DNA of 64,000 nucleotides from Nitrospirota bacterium (GTDB lineage: Bacteria > Nitrospirota > UBA9217). The notes beneath the pieces were generated by a model, which was given only the letters and a program-made list of their open reading frames with translations, was not told the origin of the DNA and ran no database searches. Position 1 is the first letter of the stretch, and the number at the start of each line of letters is the position of its first letter. This document shows positions 18,150 to 28,593 of this stretch, one piece after another. The position numbers were made by a program, and so were the translations under genes. The stretch spans positions 1,280,001 to 1,344,000 of the forward strand of contig CAVVUN010000015.1 of assembly GCA_963751455.1 (NCBI GenBank), given 5' to 3'.

Positions 18150-18493
18150 CGGTGCTGCCGATGAAATATGGCCTGAATGACAATATAATCGTAAAGATCA
18201 ACTCAATCTTTTCAAGATGGCCCGGTGTCGAGCAGGTCATTCTGTACGGATCACGCGCCAAGGGAAATTATCGTGACGGCTCGGACATAGACCTTACGAT
18301 AGTCGGTGAAACTGTAACGCAATCGGACATGCTGAAGATTGCAAACGAACTCGATGATTTGCTGTTGCCGTATAAAATCGATCTGTCACTGATGCGTCAA
18401 ATTGAGGATAAAGCGGTCATTGAGCACATAAAGCGGGTTGGTGTGGTTCTTTATGAAAGGGCATCGTATGCGCCATCGAGGACTGTTGAATGA
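18146..18493 (+). CDS. Minimal nucleotidyltransferase (MNT) antitoxin
   Basis: LYGSRAKG...SDIDL; LPYKIDL. Confidence 0.9.
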   Translation: MTVLPMKYGLNDNIIVKINSIFSRWPGVEQVILYGSRAKGNYRDGSDIDLTIVGETVTQSDMLKIANELDDLLLPYKIDLSLMRQIEDKAVIEHIKRVGVVLYERASYAPSRTVE

Positions 18494-18513
18494 TTGATCG
18501 ATGAGGAAGAGAC

Positions 18514-18583
18514 ATGACGGGCCAAAGCGAATTGACCGCAACGAGCCTAGCGGTCGTCCATCGGTTTCCAGGAGGATACTTTA
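18514..18583 (+). pseudogene. Original 5' end of the NUDIX gene, separated by IS1380
   Basis: MTGQSELTATSLAVVHRFPGGYF joins in frame to TELFDVLD at 20105 after removing the IS and one TTTA. Confidence 0.75.
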
Positions 18584-20101
18584 CCTTAACGTTGCATAAA
18601 AAATCGCTATGCGGCCCGTTGCAATCGGTCGAGATAATGCAACAACCCCTTTTTGACTCGTGGATTGGCGTTCATTGTCAGAGTTAGCTTGCCGCCGGGC
18701 TGTGTCAGGCGGCCGGCACGCTGTATAAGTGTTCTTCGCAGGGTATTGGGCTCCGTGAACTCCCAAAGAGCGGCCCGTTTTTCGGTGGTGCCCCGGTCGG
18801 GTTCATGCGCGACCATGTGAAGTTCCTTCAGGAGATTGTGCGAGATGATCGCCGACATCATGTATAGCTGATTTCCGTGCAATCTTCTCACAGCCACGTA
18901 ATCCATATTGCACTGGGACTTTAGCTCTCCAAGGATGTTTTCCTGAGAACCGCGGCCCTGATGGAAGTTCAGGACTTTCTTCACCGTCGTTGTTTTGTTT
19001 GTAACGATCACCTTGAAGTCAAACCCGTATTCGTGCGGCGTGAACATATCAAGCTGCACCGGCTCTTTTGACTGCTTTTTGGCTTTTTGACGAATAAAAA
19101 GAAAGCGGAACCGGCTGTCCCAGCTTTTCGGCTTCCAGGGTGTGTCGAGATAGGAAACAACGGAATCGTAACGCCTCCAGCGTTTTTTGGCTTCGATCAT
19201 GTGTTTGAGTTCGGAGAACCGCTCAAAGGGGACCGAGATGGTGAACTCAATTCCGTCGCGCTCCAGCGCGCCGACGATTTCATCGCTGAAGAAAGCGCTG
19301 TCCATGCGCACTTCGATGACGATATCCGAACAGGTTGCACGCACCTGTTCGATGCACGCAAGGATGAACGCCCGGGCGCCGTTGGAATCATGTACGTTAC
19401 CCGAACGGGGCAGGACGTCAAGGACCATGCCCAACTGAGCGATCATGCAGAAAAGCGGATAATAGCTTCTCTGCCCTTTTTTCTTTTTGTTGAAGCCTAC
19501 GGCGGCACCCTCAGCCCATCGGGAGGTCGAGAGCACAGAGCCGTCGAAATCAAGCGTCACGCGACGAAGCTTCAAACCCTGTATGCGGGAGAGCGACATT
19601 TCCCGGCAGAACCGACGAAGATTCAAAATGTCCTTTGCGTCGACCGTCATCAATGCCCGGCTGATCGTGGAAACGTCCGGCATTTTTCGGAGGCCCAGAA
19701 GACGAAGCGCCATAAGGTCGTCCTGATAGTATTCGATGTCGCGGAGTTTCCGATAACCCAGCATCAGATGCACGATCAGCACGAGCGTAATGACGTGATT
19801 GCCGAAGATGGCGCTCGACGGTAGATGATCAAAGCAGCTTTTCAAGCGGGCTTTCAGATTCAGCTTCGTGAAGAATGCCTGAATGATAGCAAGGCCCGCG
19901 TAGGAAGTGAGCTGTTGATCCTCGAACTTCAGTTCCGGTATTTTGTGAACGCGGCTTAGAACCTGTGCTTTACTGGACTTCACTTTCAGTGGCCTCCTGC
20001 TTGAGTGAAATAATGATATCGCAGGAGCACTATATCCAATAATGAAGCCTGTTTCCAGAGGTTTCTGCATATTTTCAAGAAATGTTTATGCAACTACAAG
20101 G
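18584..20101 (-). mobile_element. IS1380-family insertion sequence
   Basis: IRs CCTTAACGTTGCATAAA / TTTATGCAACTACAAGG; TTTA duplication at 18580-18583 and 20102-20105. Confidence 0.88.
18607..19983 (-). CDS. IS1380-family DDE transposase
   Basis: LTSYAGL, TLDFDGSV, SYYPL, VRMDSAF, RGSQEN..GELK; likely GTG start with GGAGG RBS. Confidence 0.9.
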   Translation of the reverse strand: MKSSKAQVLSRVHKIPELKFEDQQLTSYAGLAIIQAFFTKLNLKARLKSCFDHLPSSAIFGNHVITLVLIVHLMLGYRKLRDIEYYQDDLMALRLLGLRKMPDVSTISRALMTVDAKDILNLRRFCREMSLSRIQGLKLRRVTLDFDGSVLSTSRWAEGAAVGFNKKKKGQRSYYPLFCMIAQLGMVLDVLPRSGNVHDSNGARAFILACIEQVRATCSDIVIEVRMDSAFFSDEIVGALERDGIEFTISVPFERFSELKHMIEAKKRWRRYDSVVSYLDTPWKPKSWDSRFRFLFIRQKAKKQSKEPVQLDMFTPHEYGFDFKVIVTNKTTTVKKVLNFHQGRGSQENILGELKSQCNMDYVAVRRLHGNQLYMMSAIISHNLLKELHMVAHEPDRGTTEKRAALWEFTEPNTLRRTLIQRAGRLTQPGGKLTLTMNANPRVKKGLLHYLDRLQRAA

Positions 20102-20743
20102 TTTACGGAGCTGTTCGATGTATTAGATTGCCGGGGCGAGATGACCGGCGAAACTGTCGCGCGAGACGAGGCGCACCGGACAGGTGTGTGGCACGGAGCG
20201 TTTCATTGCCTCATCACGTACGAACGCGAGGGCAGGGGATATGCTCTTTTTCAGAGGCGTTCTTTGTCAAAAAAGATAGCGCCGGGCCGGTATGATGTCA
20301 CCGCCGGCGGTCATTATTCGGCAGGGGAGAGCGCAACCGACGCAGGCCCTCGCGAGCTCAGGGAGGAAATCGGCCTCGATGTGAAGTTTTCTGATCTTTT
20401 TCCGATCGGCCGCCGTGTGTTCGTGTACTGTTTCACACCCGGGGTGAAGGAATGCGAATTCCAGGATGTGTTCCTTCTGCCGCTGTCCGCTCAGCCGACC
20501 GGAATTACGTTGGAGAAAGAAGAGGTTGACGGAGTAATTGAAATGGAAGTGGATGCAGGCATCAGGCTCTTCGCACGCGAGGTTCCGTATGCCGAATGCC
20601 GCTTGTCGAAAGACGGTGAAAAAAACGACCTGGTCAGGGTTTCCGCAAACGATTTTGTAACCTGTCTCGACAATTACTACTTGAAACTGCTCCTGCTCGC
20701 AAAGCGGTATTTCAACGGTGAACGAAGGATTCTCTTTATATAG
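20042..20743 (+). CDS. NUDIX hydrolase (IDI-like), N-terminus displaced by the IS
   Basis: GHYSAGE..RELREEIG Nudix box; AHRTGVWH. Confidence 0.82.
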   Translation: MKPVSRGFCIFSRNVYATTRFTELFDVLDCRGEMTGETVARDEAHRTGVWHGAFHCLITYEREGRGYALFQRRSLSKKIAPGRYDVTAGGHYSAGESATDAGPRELREEIGLDVKFSDLFPIGRRVFVYCFTPGVKECEFQDVFLLPLSAQPTGITLEKEEVDGVIEMEVDAGIRLFAREVPYAECRLSKDGEKNDLVRVSANDFVTCLDNYYLKLLLLAKRYFNGERRILFI

Positions 20744-20770
20744 AGTGCGGGGATGGAGAGAATGGCGGAG

Positions 20771-21700
20771 TTACGAGGAACTGTTTTCCGCGACGGTCCT
20801 GATGCTCTCCTGTTGGACTGCAGGAGCTTTCTGAATTTTTCTAGACTTCCTTGCTCTCCGGTATTTTCCCTTATAGGCAGGGGCTTCGATAAAAGTGATC
20901 GGTTGAGGGTTCGCGGCGTAGTCAGCCAGGGTCAGGGTGCTTTTCCATAAGCCGTGCCGGGATGGGGCGCCGAGAACAGCCGTAAATATCATGCCGTTTC
21001 CGGTATCAAGGGCGCCTACAAAGCAGTGGCGCGCGCTGCTCGTAAACCCCGTTTTTCCGCCCACCATATTTTCCTTTTGCCAGAGCAGGCTGTCCGTGTT
21101 TTCCAGGTACAATTCTCTTCCTTCAGCTGTTGAAACAAGCCATTCTTTTTTGCCTATGATTTCCCTGATCAGCGGGTAGGTGATGGATTTTTTGAGAATA
21201 ATCGTCAGATCCCGGGCAGTCGTATATTGTCTTCCCTTCGGGAGGCCCGAGGCTGTCACGAAGTGCGTATCGTATGCACCGATTTCCCGGGCTTTCTGAT
21301 TCATCAGATCAACGAAATCCTGCTCTGAACCGGCAGAGGCTTCCGCCAGCGCGACCGCCGCAGAATTTGTGGAATTCATAAGGGCCAGGTGGAGAAGATC
21401 GGAAACGGTCACGTTATCGTCGGCAATAAGCCTTGGCTTCATCGTTCGGGTAGCAGCGGCATTTCTGCTCACGATTACCCTTACATCGGGGTCCAGATGA
21501 TCAAGCGCAACCATGGCGGTCATCAGCTTAACCGTGCTTGCGGGGGGCAGCTTTGCGGACGAATTTTTAGCGTATAGTATTGCATCATCCTCACCCATAA
21601 TGATGCATGCTTTTGCAGAAATCGACTGAGAAGAAAAAGCGGGTTGAACGGATAAAAAAACGAGTATAGGAAAACAAAAGTAATAAAAATACCGGTTCAC
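20771..21700 (-). CDS. D-alanyl-D-alanine carboxypeptidase (peptidase S11)
   Basis: PASTVK (SxxK), STN (SxN), GKTGFT. Confidence 0.92.
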   Translation of the reverse strand: MNRYFYYFCFPILVFLSVQPAFSSQSISAKACIIMGEDDAILYAKNSSAKLPPASTVKLMTAMVALDHLDPDVRVIVSRNAAATRTMKPRLIADDNVTVSDLLHLALMNSTNSAAVALAEASAGSEQDFVDLMNQKAREIGAYDTHFVTASGLPKGRQYTTARDLTIILKKSITYPLIREIIGKKEWLVSTAEGRELYLENTDSLLWQKENMVGGKTGFTSSARHCFVGALDTGNGMIFTAVLGAPSRHGLWKSTLTLADYAANPQPITFIEAPAYKGKYRRARKSRKIQKAPAVQQESIRTVAENSSS

Positions 21701-22012
21701 GTGATTCTCCGCATATAAGTATCAATAAAAACCTGGGTTGATTATATCAGACTGAGGGGAAAATTATTTGTGATTTCGATCACTTTTTTACGGCAAAATA
21801 AAATATGTTTCATCGTCCTTAAGGAGGACTTTATCACTCATTAAATGATTTTACAAGAGTTTTAATTATATTCGCTAAAAAAGTTAAAAAGCTATACGGA
21901 AGGACGGGCTTTAAGGGCGTCCACTGTGCTTGGCTTGATTGACTTGCTCTTACCTGGGTGGTACTTTCAATCACAAGGAACAGCGAGTCTGTCTTTCTTT
22001 GCGGATGGGGCC

Positions 22013-23623
22013 ATGGTTAACAGCCGGAGATATTGTGGCGGGATATTCCTCTCTTTGTTGGCGCTCCTTACCGTTATCTGGATAATCAGCAATCTGCTGA
22101 TCGATGTTGAACTTGAAGAACGATCCGGCGATAACCGCCTAGCTTCAGCCCCGGCGGAGTCCAGCCTCCGCGGCGTTTTTGACGGACTTCCCGCTGAAGG
22201 GTGCGGCCAAAGCCGTATTGAACTATTCAACGATAATTCCACGGCATGGGCTTCACGCTGGCGTCTGCTTGCCGATGCGCGCGAAAAAATAGAAGTGAGT
22301 TATTTTATCCTTGATTCGGACGTTTTCGGCATCTCCTTTCTCGGCCATCTTCTTCACAAAGCCGAAAAAGGAGTGCAGATTCGAATAATGCTCGACGCGA
22401 TCGGCACCAGACTCTCCCGCCAGATAAGCGGCAACGATTACCTGGACACTCTGGCTTCCAACGGGAACGTTCGGATTAAAATGTACCGGCCATTTTTGTT
22501 CAGGTTTCGGGACGCATTCCTGACGCTGAACCCGGCTGCACTGATTGCAAGTGAACATGACAAAATCATTATTGCAGACGGCCGCAGGGCATTGATAGGG
22601 GGAAGAAACATTGCCCGCGAGTATATGGCGCAACCGCAGGATTATCCGGGTGCTTTTCGGGACACGGACGTGTTGCTGGACGGTGCGGCGACCGCCGCCG
22701 CTTTGAAGGCTGTTTTTTATGCGGGCTTTGAGAGCAGCAAGGCGCACCAAGTGCGGCGCGAGATCGTCGACATAAAGGATTCCGCAGCGGAGTTGCTGCT
22801 TGCGTATGAAGCCATGGATGCCTGGGTCCGGGGAAGGCCTGTCTCAAAAGAAACCGCTTCAGCGATCCGGGAAAAAGGCCTGCCCTGGCTGGACGAGCTC
22901 GAAAAGCTGCCCCGGCTGAGGGGGTCCTTGAGAAAGAAACAACCGCCCGATATGAGAGCATATGTCCGCGTGCTCGACAGCCGGCCGCGTCTTTTCAGTC
23001 CGGATGATGCGATCAGCCGCAGCCTGGCCAGGCTCGTACGGGCCGCGCGTCACGATATATTCATTCAGAGCCCTTACCTCATTTTGTCCCGGCCCGCGGT
23101 TTCCGTGCTGGAGGAAGCCGCGGCCCGGGGCGTGCGGATCACGATACTTACCAATAGTCCTGTTTCCACGGATAATGCATTGAGTCAGGCGATTTTCCTG
23201 GAGCAATGGCCTGAGGTGATGGCTCGTGTACCGACTTTGCGGCTCTTTGCTGCCGGGGACACGCGAACCATACACTGCAAACTCGGCGCTGTTGACGGTC
23301 AACTGGGCTTGATCGGCACCTACAACCTGGACCCGATCAGTATGAGCCTGAATGGCGAACTGGTCGCAGCCGTATGGTCAACCGAATTTGTGGAGAGATT
23401 GCTGGCGGGGGCCCGAAACCTCATTGCAGACGGTCCCGTTTTTGAGTACCGTATTGTTCGGGACGCGAAAGGCCGGCCGAAACGCGATAGCAACGGCAGG
23501 GTTCTGGTTGCCTTCGGACCCGAGGACCACAGTAACCCGGATCAATGGAAGACAATTCAATGGTACCGAAAACTGGTGCGCCTTGCAGGAAAGCTGCCGG
23601 GTACCTCTAGTTTTTTCATGTGA
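22013..23623 (+). CDS. Phospholipase D family protein
   Basis: HKD motifs HDKIIIAD and HCKLGAVD; GGRNI; N-terminal TM helix. Confidence 0.9.
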   Translation: MVNSRRYCGGIFLSLLALLTVIWIISNLLIDVELEERSGDNRLASAPAESSLRGVFDGLPAEGCGQSRIELFNDNSTAWASRWRLLADAREKIEVSYFILDSDVFGISFLGHLLHKAEKGVQIRIMLDAIGTRLSRQISGNDYLDTLASNGNVRIKMYRPFLFRFRDAFLTLNPAALIASEHDKIIIADGRRALIGGRNIAREYMAQPQDYPGAFRDTDVLLDGAATAAALKAVFYAGFESSKAHQVRREIVDIKDSAAELLLAYEAMDAWVRGRPVSKETASAIREKGLPWLDELEKLPRLRGSLRKKQPPDMRAYVRVLDSRPRLFSPDDAISRSLARLVRAARHDIFIQSPYLILSRPAVSVLEEAAARGVRITILTNSPVSTDNALSQAIFLEQWPEVMARVPTLRLFAAGDTRTIHCKLGAVDGQLGLIGTYNLDPISMSLNGELVAAVWSTEFVERLLAGARNLIADGPVFEYRIVRDAKGRPKRDSNGRVLVAFGPEDHSNPDQWKTIQWYRKLVRLAGKLPGTSSFFM

Positions 23624-23640
23624 TAGACGGAGCAGAAAAA

Positions 23641-23667
23641 AGGCAACCGGTAGCGTACCGGCTGCCT
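23641..23667. terminator. Hairpin between convergent genes
   Basis: AGGCAACCGGTA gcg TACCGGCTGCCT with an A-tract on the left. Confidence 0.55.
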
Positions 23668-23698
23668 GTCAGATATTACAAATGGCGAATATGAAACA

Positions 23699-24301
23699 TT
23701 AATAACCAAACCCCCTGGTTTCCTTGCCGGACTGGTCCTGTACGCCGCCGGCTCCCTCGTCCTTGGACATGCCGCCTGCGCCTGACATTTCGTCGCTGCC
23801 GCCTGCACCGCGACCAGCAGCGGGCCTCTCAACGGCTGCTTTTTTGATGTCTTTATGGGCATCCGTCTCGACGTTGCCGACCTTGTCCGCAACATCTTCA
23901 AGATCGATCTTCAGGCTCTTGGCAATCTGGCCCCAGCCCGTCTTGCCTTCCCGCATCTTCACGATCCTATTGATATTGTCGTCAGTAACACCGCCTGACA
24001 TTTTGTCTGCAAAAGCAAGCACGGTTGCTACTTCACCATAGCCCAGGTTCCTGTCGTGCAGGGCTTTGATCCTGTCGTTCTTTAGATCGAATGCCTTGGT
24101 CAGCCGCTCCGTGACAACTTCTTCACCATACGGTAATTTGGCATCCGTGTCGATCATGGAAATTTCAATGTTCAACTTTTTTTCATGCCTGGCTTCTTTT
24201 GATGTATCCGCTGCCGTTCCAATTCCCGTCAAGAACAGGAATACGGCTGCAACAGCCGCTAATGACAAAGCGCTTACACCGTTCGCTGTAAACTTTTTCA
24301 T
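23699..24301 (-). CDS. Secreted hypothetical protein
   Basis: Signal peptide; LGYGEV and GWGQIAK motifs; Gly-rich tail; GGAGG RBS. Confidence 0.8.
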   Translation of the reverse strand: MKKFTANGVSALSLAAVAAVFLFLTGIGTAADTSKEARHEKKLNIEISMIDTDAKLPYGEEVVTERLTKAFDLKNDRIKALHDRNLGYGEVATVLAFADKMSGGVTDDNINRIVKMREGKTGWGQIAKSLKIDLEDVADKVGNVETDAHKDIKKAAVERPAAGRGAGGSDEMSGAGGMSKDEGAGGVQDQSGKETRGFGY

Positions 24302-24866
24302 GAAATAAACCCTCCTTTTTTGCTAACATTCCGGTTGTTCGCCATGCCTTCTACGCGCTCAAAACTGCTTATCGCTGAAGTCTCATACAATATCCTGCGG
24401 ATCGACTGCATGAGATCGGGTAGAGGTTACTTCAAAATATAGCACCATCATGCACATTGTCAAATAAGGGCAACGGCGGCGCGAAACCCGCACACGACCA
24501 AAGAAGTATTTGGTAATCCTTTTTCCCGTTTGACAATCATTGCAAAAAGAGGTTTAGTTTTTATAACGGATTTTTGGGATTACGAAAGAAGAAAGCAACA
24601 AGGCGGTATATGAATACGCGAGCAGCGATCAGTATGATTGCGATTTCTCTTGTGGTTCTTGGGGGTGTTACAGAGAAAACGTCCGGAGAGAGGATCCGTT
24701 TCGTGCCCTTCTCTCTGTCTGGAAGCTAAAGAGTAAATTGGACTACTCATTCCGGGGTTCCCGGAGCGCTGAAGGCCTTCCTTTCATTCATCAATTTCGC
24801 AGTTGGGAGTGATTTTAAAAAAACCAGGTGCGATATAATCTGAGGAATCTGCGTAAGCTGCGGATA

Positions 24867-25147
24867 CTAGTGCACTGTAAAACTAATTCTTGATTGTATT
24901 GCACCTTTAGCCGGGTCCAGTAGTCAGTTACAAATCGAATTCCTCTCAAAACGGCAGGAACATTTACCGCGAAGTCGCGAGGAACGCGAGGAAAGCGAAA
25001 TTCCCGTAATATGCCACAGGGATAGTATTGCCTTCCTGGCGACCTTTGCGCCCTCGCGGTTCAATCTTTTTAGTTCCGGCTTGTTGGCTTAAAGCACACC
25101 GTAATGACGTCGTGGAACTATTAACAACTAGGTTTACGTTGTACTAG
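24867..25147. repeat. Nested MITE-like palindrome
   Basis: Outer CTAGTGCACTGTAAAACTA / TAGGTTTACGTTGTACTAG; inner ACCGCGAAGTCGCGAGGAACGCGAGG / CCTGGCGACCTTTGCGCCCTCGCGGT. Confidence 0.65.
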
Positions 25148-25189
25148 AATGCACTGAGCAGTTGTTTTTTGAAAAGCAGGAGTAGACGA

Positions 25190-26176
25190 ATGAGAAGCGT
25201 TGCTTTCAGTCCCGACGGAAAATTGATTGCTTCAGGCGGACGGGATAAACAGGTTCGGCTTTGGCATGCATACACCCGGTCTCCTGTCCGGGATTTCAGG
25301 GGAAACGGTCACAGCGGACCGGTAAGCAGTGTTTCCTTCAGTCCTGATGGAAAACTGATAGCATCAGCAGGATATGACGATTCGGTCAGAGTGCGATACG
25401 CCGATACCGGTCATCCGGTAAGAGATTTCCGGGTTCGAAGAATGAACGGCTCACTGGATAGAGTTGTCTTTAGTCCCGACGGCCGGCTCCTGGCAGCCGG
25501 CAGCTGGGATTCAACGATTACCCTGATGGATGCGGTCACCGGCCGCATTATCGAACATTTCAAAGGGAAAGGTCACAGGGCCGCGATCCACTCTCTGGCG
25601 TTCAGCCCTGACGGCCGGTTCATTGTATCAGGAAGCCGAGACAACACGCTGCGCCTTTGGGACATCAACGAGGGGACGAGCATACGTGTTTTCCAGGGGC
25701 CGCATCTGGAACCGGTCAGTGCAGTGGACTTCAGCCCCGACGGGAAGTTTGTGGTTTCGGGCGGCCGGGACCAGGACCTTGTGCTCTGGGATGTGGATCA
25801 GGGGAAACCGGTCGAAGGGTTCGACGGAAAAGGTCATCAGGGGCATATCAAGGACGTCGCCGTAAGTCCTGACGGCTCCGCAATAGCTTCGGCGAGTGAC
25901 GATCACACGGTACGGATTTGGAACGTTAAAAACGGGAAATGCATCAGGGGAATCAATTACGGGACTCCGGTGGATTGCGTTGCCTACAGTCCTGACGGGA
26001 GATTCGTTGCGTCCGGCGGATGGGACGGCAAGCTCCGTGTATGGGACCTTGAAAACATTCTCAAATGGACCCGATCGGGGATTGAGATCGATATAGCCAA
26101 AGAAACATGTAAAAAATGCCGGTCTGTTCTCGGATTATTCGGACGGCTCTTCGGGATCGGCAATCCCGCGACTTAG
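25190..26176 (+). CDS. WD40 beta-propeller protein
   Basis: Seven SPDG-containing repeats, several with GH...WD. Confidence 0.92.
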   Translation: MRSVAFSPDGKLIASGGRDKQVRLWHAYTRSPVRDFRGNGHSGPVSSVSFSPDGKLIASAGYDDSVRVRYADTGHPVRDFRVRRMNGSLDRVVFSPDGRLLAAGSWDSTITLMDAVTGRIIEHFKGKGHRAAIHSLAFSPDGRFIVSGSRDNTLRLWDINEGTSIRVFQGPHLEPVSAVDFSPDGKFVVSGGRDQDLVLWDVDQGKPVEGFDGKGHQGHIKDVAVSPDGSAIASASDDHTVRIWNVKNGKCIRGINYGTPVDCVAYSPDGRFVASGGWDGKLRVWDLENILKWTRSGIEIDIAKETCKKCRSVLGLFGRLFGIGNPAT

Positions 26177-26334
26177 CATCCCCGGCTCCCGCCGGGGGTG
26201 GAAAGCGCTTACTCGCGCGTGGCTGGAACAAGCCACGCGAGCGCGAGTGCGCAGTCCCGGGAGTTCGCGTTATTTGAGGGAGCCTCCGGCTCCTGCCGGA
26301 TGGGCTCCACTGAAACAAAGACAGAATAATTAAT

Positions 26335-26510
26335 CCTAAAAAAAGCATTTGGGACGCAGAAAAATCGGATAAACGCAGATAAGGTCGGATAAAAAAAACG
26401 TTCTTGTATCGTAAAAGCAGTCACCCTGCGGGTGAATTTTTTTCTCTAAAAATCCTTTTGTTTGATCTGCGGTTATCTGCGTTCATCTGCGTCCAACTGC
26501 CGTTTTCAGG
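26335..26510. repeat. About 176-bp MITE-like element, copy 2
   Basis: Near-identical to 8880-9055. Confidence 0.85.
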
Positions 26511-26736
26511 TTAATGAGGCTTCGCCTCAGACCAATGAACAAACCAACACCCTTGAGGATGTTTTTCTTCAGTCAGGCTATAATAATACTCTCAGACAAG
26601 GGGAATATTACCTTTACATCATTTCCTATAGTCTTTCTTTATAAACATATCGCCAGACAGGTCGAGTTCCAGGTCTTCAACTTTTCAGCATGTGCGCCAG
26701 CCGGCCCACGTTGTATGGGGGTTAAGGAGGAAGACA

Positions 26737-26922
26737 ATGGTTACGTTCAGAATGATTTGTCCGGAATGCAGAGCAACCGTGATTACGTCATCTCGTCTGT
26801 CAGCGGTTCTCGAACTCTGTCCGTCATGCGGACATCATATCTGGGACTTGTATGATGCGCTTCTGGCGGATATTTATTCCCCCGGCAGAGATGCGGCTGC
26901 CAGTCATCGCGCATACGCCTGA
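26737..26922 (+). CDS. Small zinc-ribbon protein
   Basis: AAGGAGG RBS; CPEC...CPSC. Confidence 0.7.
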   Translation: MVTFRMICPECRATVITSSRLSAVLELCPSCGHHIWDLYDALLADIYSPGRDAAASHRAYA

Positions 26923-26953
26923 CACCTTGGGCAGCAAAAAACCTTGTTCCCAA

Positions 26954-27796
26954 TCATAGCCCGCTGGCCCTGTAGTGGCTCAGCGCTTCCTTCAATTCGC
27001 GGGCGTCCTCGTATCCCCACCGGATGATATCCGTCCTGTACTGCGTCATCGACAGGAGCGTGCCCTGGCAGATTCGTTCCTTCGGCGGCGGTTCTTTCAG
27101 CTCCTTCTGCACGCGGGTCAGGAGTTCCTGCATTATGCGGTCCGGAATGCGGTTTCTCTCGGAAGGATAAATAAACGTAAAGAGGAACAGGTGGCTCAGG
27201 AGGACATGCCAGAAGGCGCCGAAGCGGCGGAGGAGCCGGTCCCAGTCGAGCTTTTCAGCATGGGCACGGATGAGATGTGCTACATCGGCCCCGTCAAAAC
27301 GATCTCGATCCATTACGTAAGCCTTCGAACAGATCATCTCTTCGACCGGACAGAGCGCGAGGTCCATGCCGAGAATGGTCTGCCGTACCGACTTGTTAAA
27401 CCATTCATCGTCCACTTCGCTCACGCCGTTGGCCTGGGCAAAGATGATGTCGACGAAACTATCTCCCGAGCACGCCTTGGCCAGCCAGTGCGAGGCCGTC
27501 ACTTCCGTCTTGTATCCGGCCGATGACAATGTGTCCAGCGCACGCCCGGCGTCCGTGGTTCTTACGAATACGTCGAAGTCCTTGGTATAGCGTGAAATAC
27601 CGGTATAAAATTCGAATGCGAAGGCGCCGCCGACCAGCAGACGAATTCCCGCGGACTGCAGCGCCTGTAGTGCACTCAGGTAGAAGTCCCTGCTTTCGGG
27701 CTTGACCCGGTCCTCGATTTTCACACGTGATTCGAGGTCGGTTTCTTCCTGGGGTTCCGGGCCCGAACACGGCCTTTTATGGAAATGATTCGGCAT
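26954..27796 (-). CDS. Nucleotidyltransferase-family protein
   Basis: LVGGAFA...TKDFDVF; VDII; DGADVAHL. Confidence 0.85.
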   Translation of the reverse strand: MPNHFHKRPCSGPEPQEETDLESRVKIEDRVKPESRDFYLSALQALQSAGIRLLVGGAFAFEFYTGISRYTKDFDVFVRTTDAGRALDTLSSAGYKTEVTASHWLAKACSGDSFVDIIFAQANGVSEVDDEWFNKSVRQTILGMDLALCPVEEMICSKAYVMDRDRFDGADVAHLIRAHAEKLDWDRLLRRFGAFWHVLLSHLFLFTFIYPSERNRIPDRIMQELLTRVQKELKEPPPKERICQGTLLSMTQYRTDIIRWGYEDARELKEALSHYRASGL

Positions 27797-27831
27797 ACAT
27801 TCCTTTATAGATTCTTGTCGGCGACGCCACG

Positions 27832-28593
27832 TTAGGCCGCCGCGATGCGCGCACTTCTGACTTCAACCAGCCTGAAGGGCGCTTTTTCCGGGAAGGCCCG
27901 GCGAAGGACTGCCTGAGAGGCGTTATAAACCGTGACGCCGTCACCCGTCCTTCCCTCGGGATTGCCGCCGTGAGCGTGTCCGTGAAAAACGGCGACGGGT
28001 CTGAACCGGTTAATCGGCTCTTCAAGCCTGCTGGATCCCAGAAACGGAAATATCTCGATGTTTTCGCCTACCACCGTCGTGCGGATCGGGGAATAATGAA
28101 GCAATACCACCTTCCGGTCCGTGCTCAGCTTCATTAACGCGGATTCGAGTTTTGACGCCTCATTGACTGCCTCTTGTACGAAACGCTTTATGGCTTCCTC
28201 GCCCCAGGGCTGAAGCGCGACCCGCCCGAAACCGCCGGCAAAGCCCTTGACTCCTGCGAAGCCGATGCCTTTGATCTCGCACGACGTCCCATCCAGCACA
28301 TTTATCCCGGCGCCCCGCAATATATCTGTTACCTGTTCCTGGTTGCCGGTTTCAAAATCGTGGTTCCCGAGTACGGAGATCATCGGGATTTTCAGATACG
28401 TGGTCAGGTCCTTTACCAGGACTTCTGCCTCGTCCGGAAGACCGGCATCCGTCAAGTCGCCGCACATCAGGCATACATCAGCGCTCCGGGTGATTTGGGT
28501 GAATATGTCCTGCCACGCGCCGTGCGATTTTCCGGTATAATGAATGTCGGCAACGGCCGCAATCCTTACTACCGTATGGTTTGCTTCGGGCAT
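27832..28593 (-). CDS. Metallophosphoesterase
   Basis: DIH, GDLTD, GNHD and HGHAH motifs. Confidence 0.92.
   Translation of the reverse strand: MPEANHTVVRIAAVADIHYTGKSHGAWQDIFTQITRSADVCLMCGDLTDAGLPDEAEVLVKDLTTYLKIPMISVLGNHDFETGNQEQVTDILRGAGINVLDGTSCEIKGIGFAGVKGFAGGFGRVALQPWGEEAIKRFVQEAVNEASKLESALMKLSTDRKVVLLHYSPIRTTVVGENIEIFPFLGSSRLEEPINRFRPVAVFHGHAHGGNPEGRTGDGVTVYNASQAVLRRAFPEKAPFRLVEVRSARIAAA

Noticed and set aside
24610-24730. Short signal-peptide-like ORF MNTRAAISMIAISLVVLGG
   Set aside because: Under 40 codons with no downstream domain; may be a remnant but is not supportable
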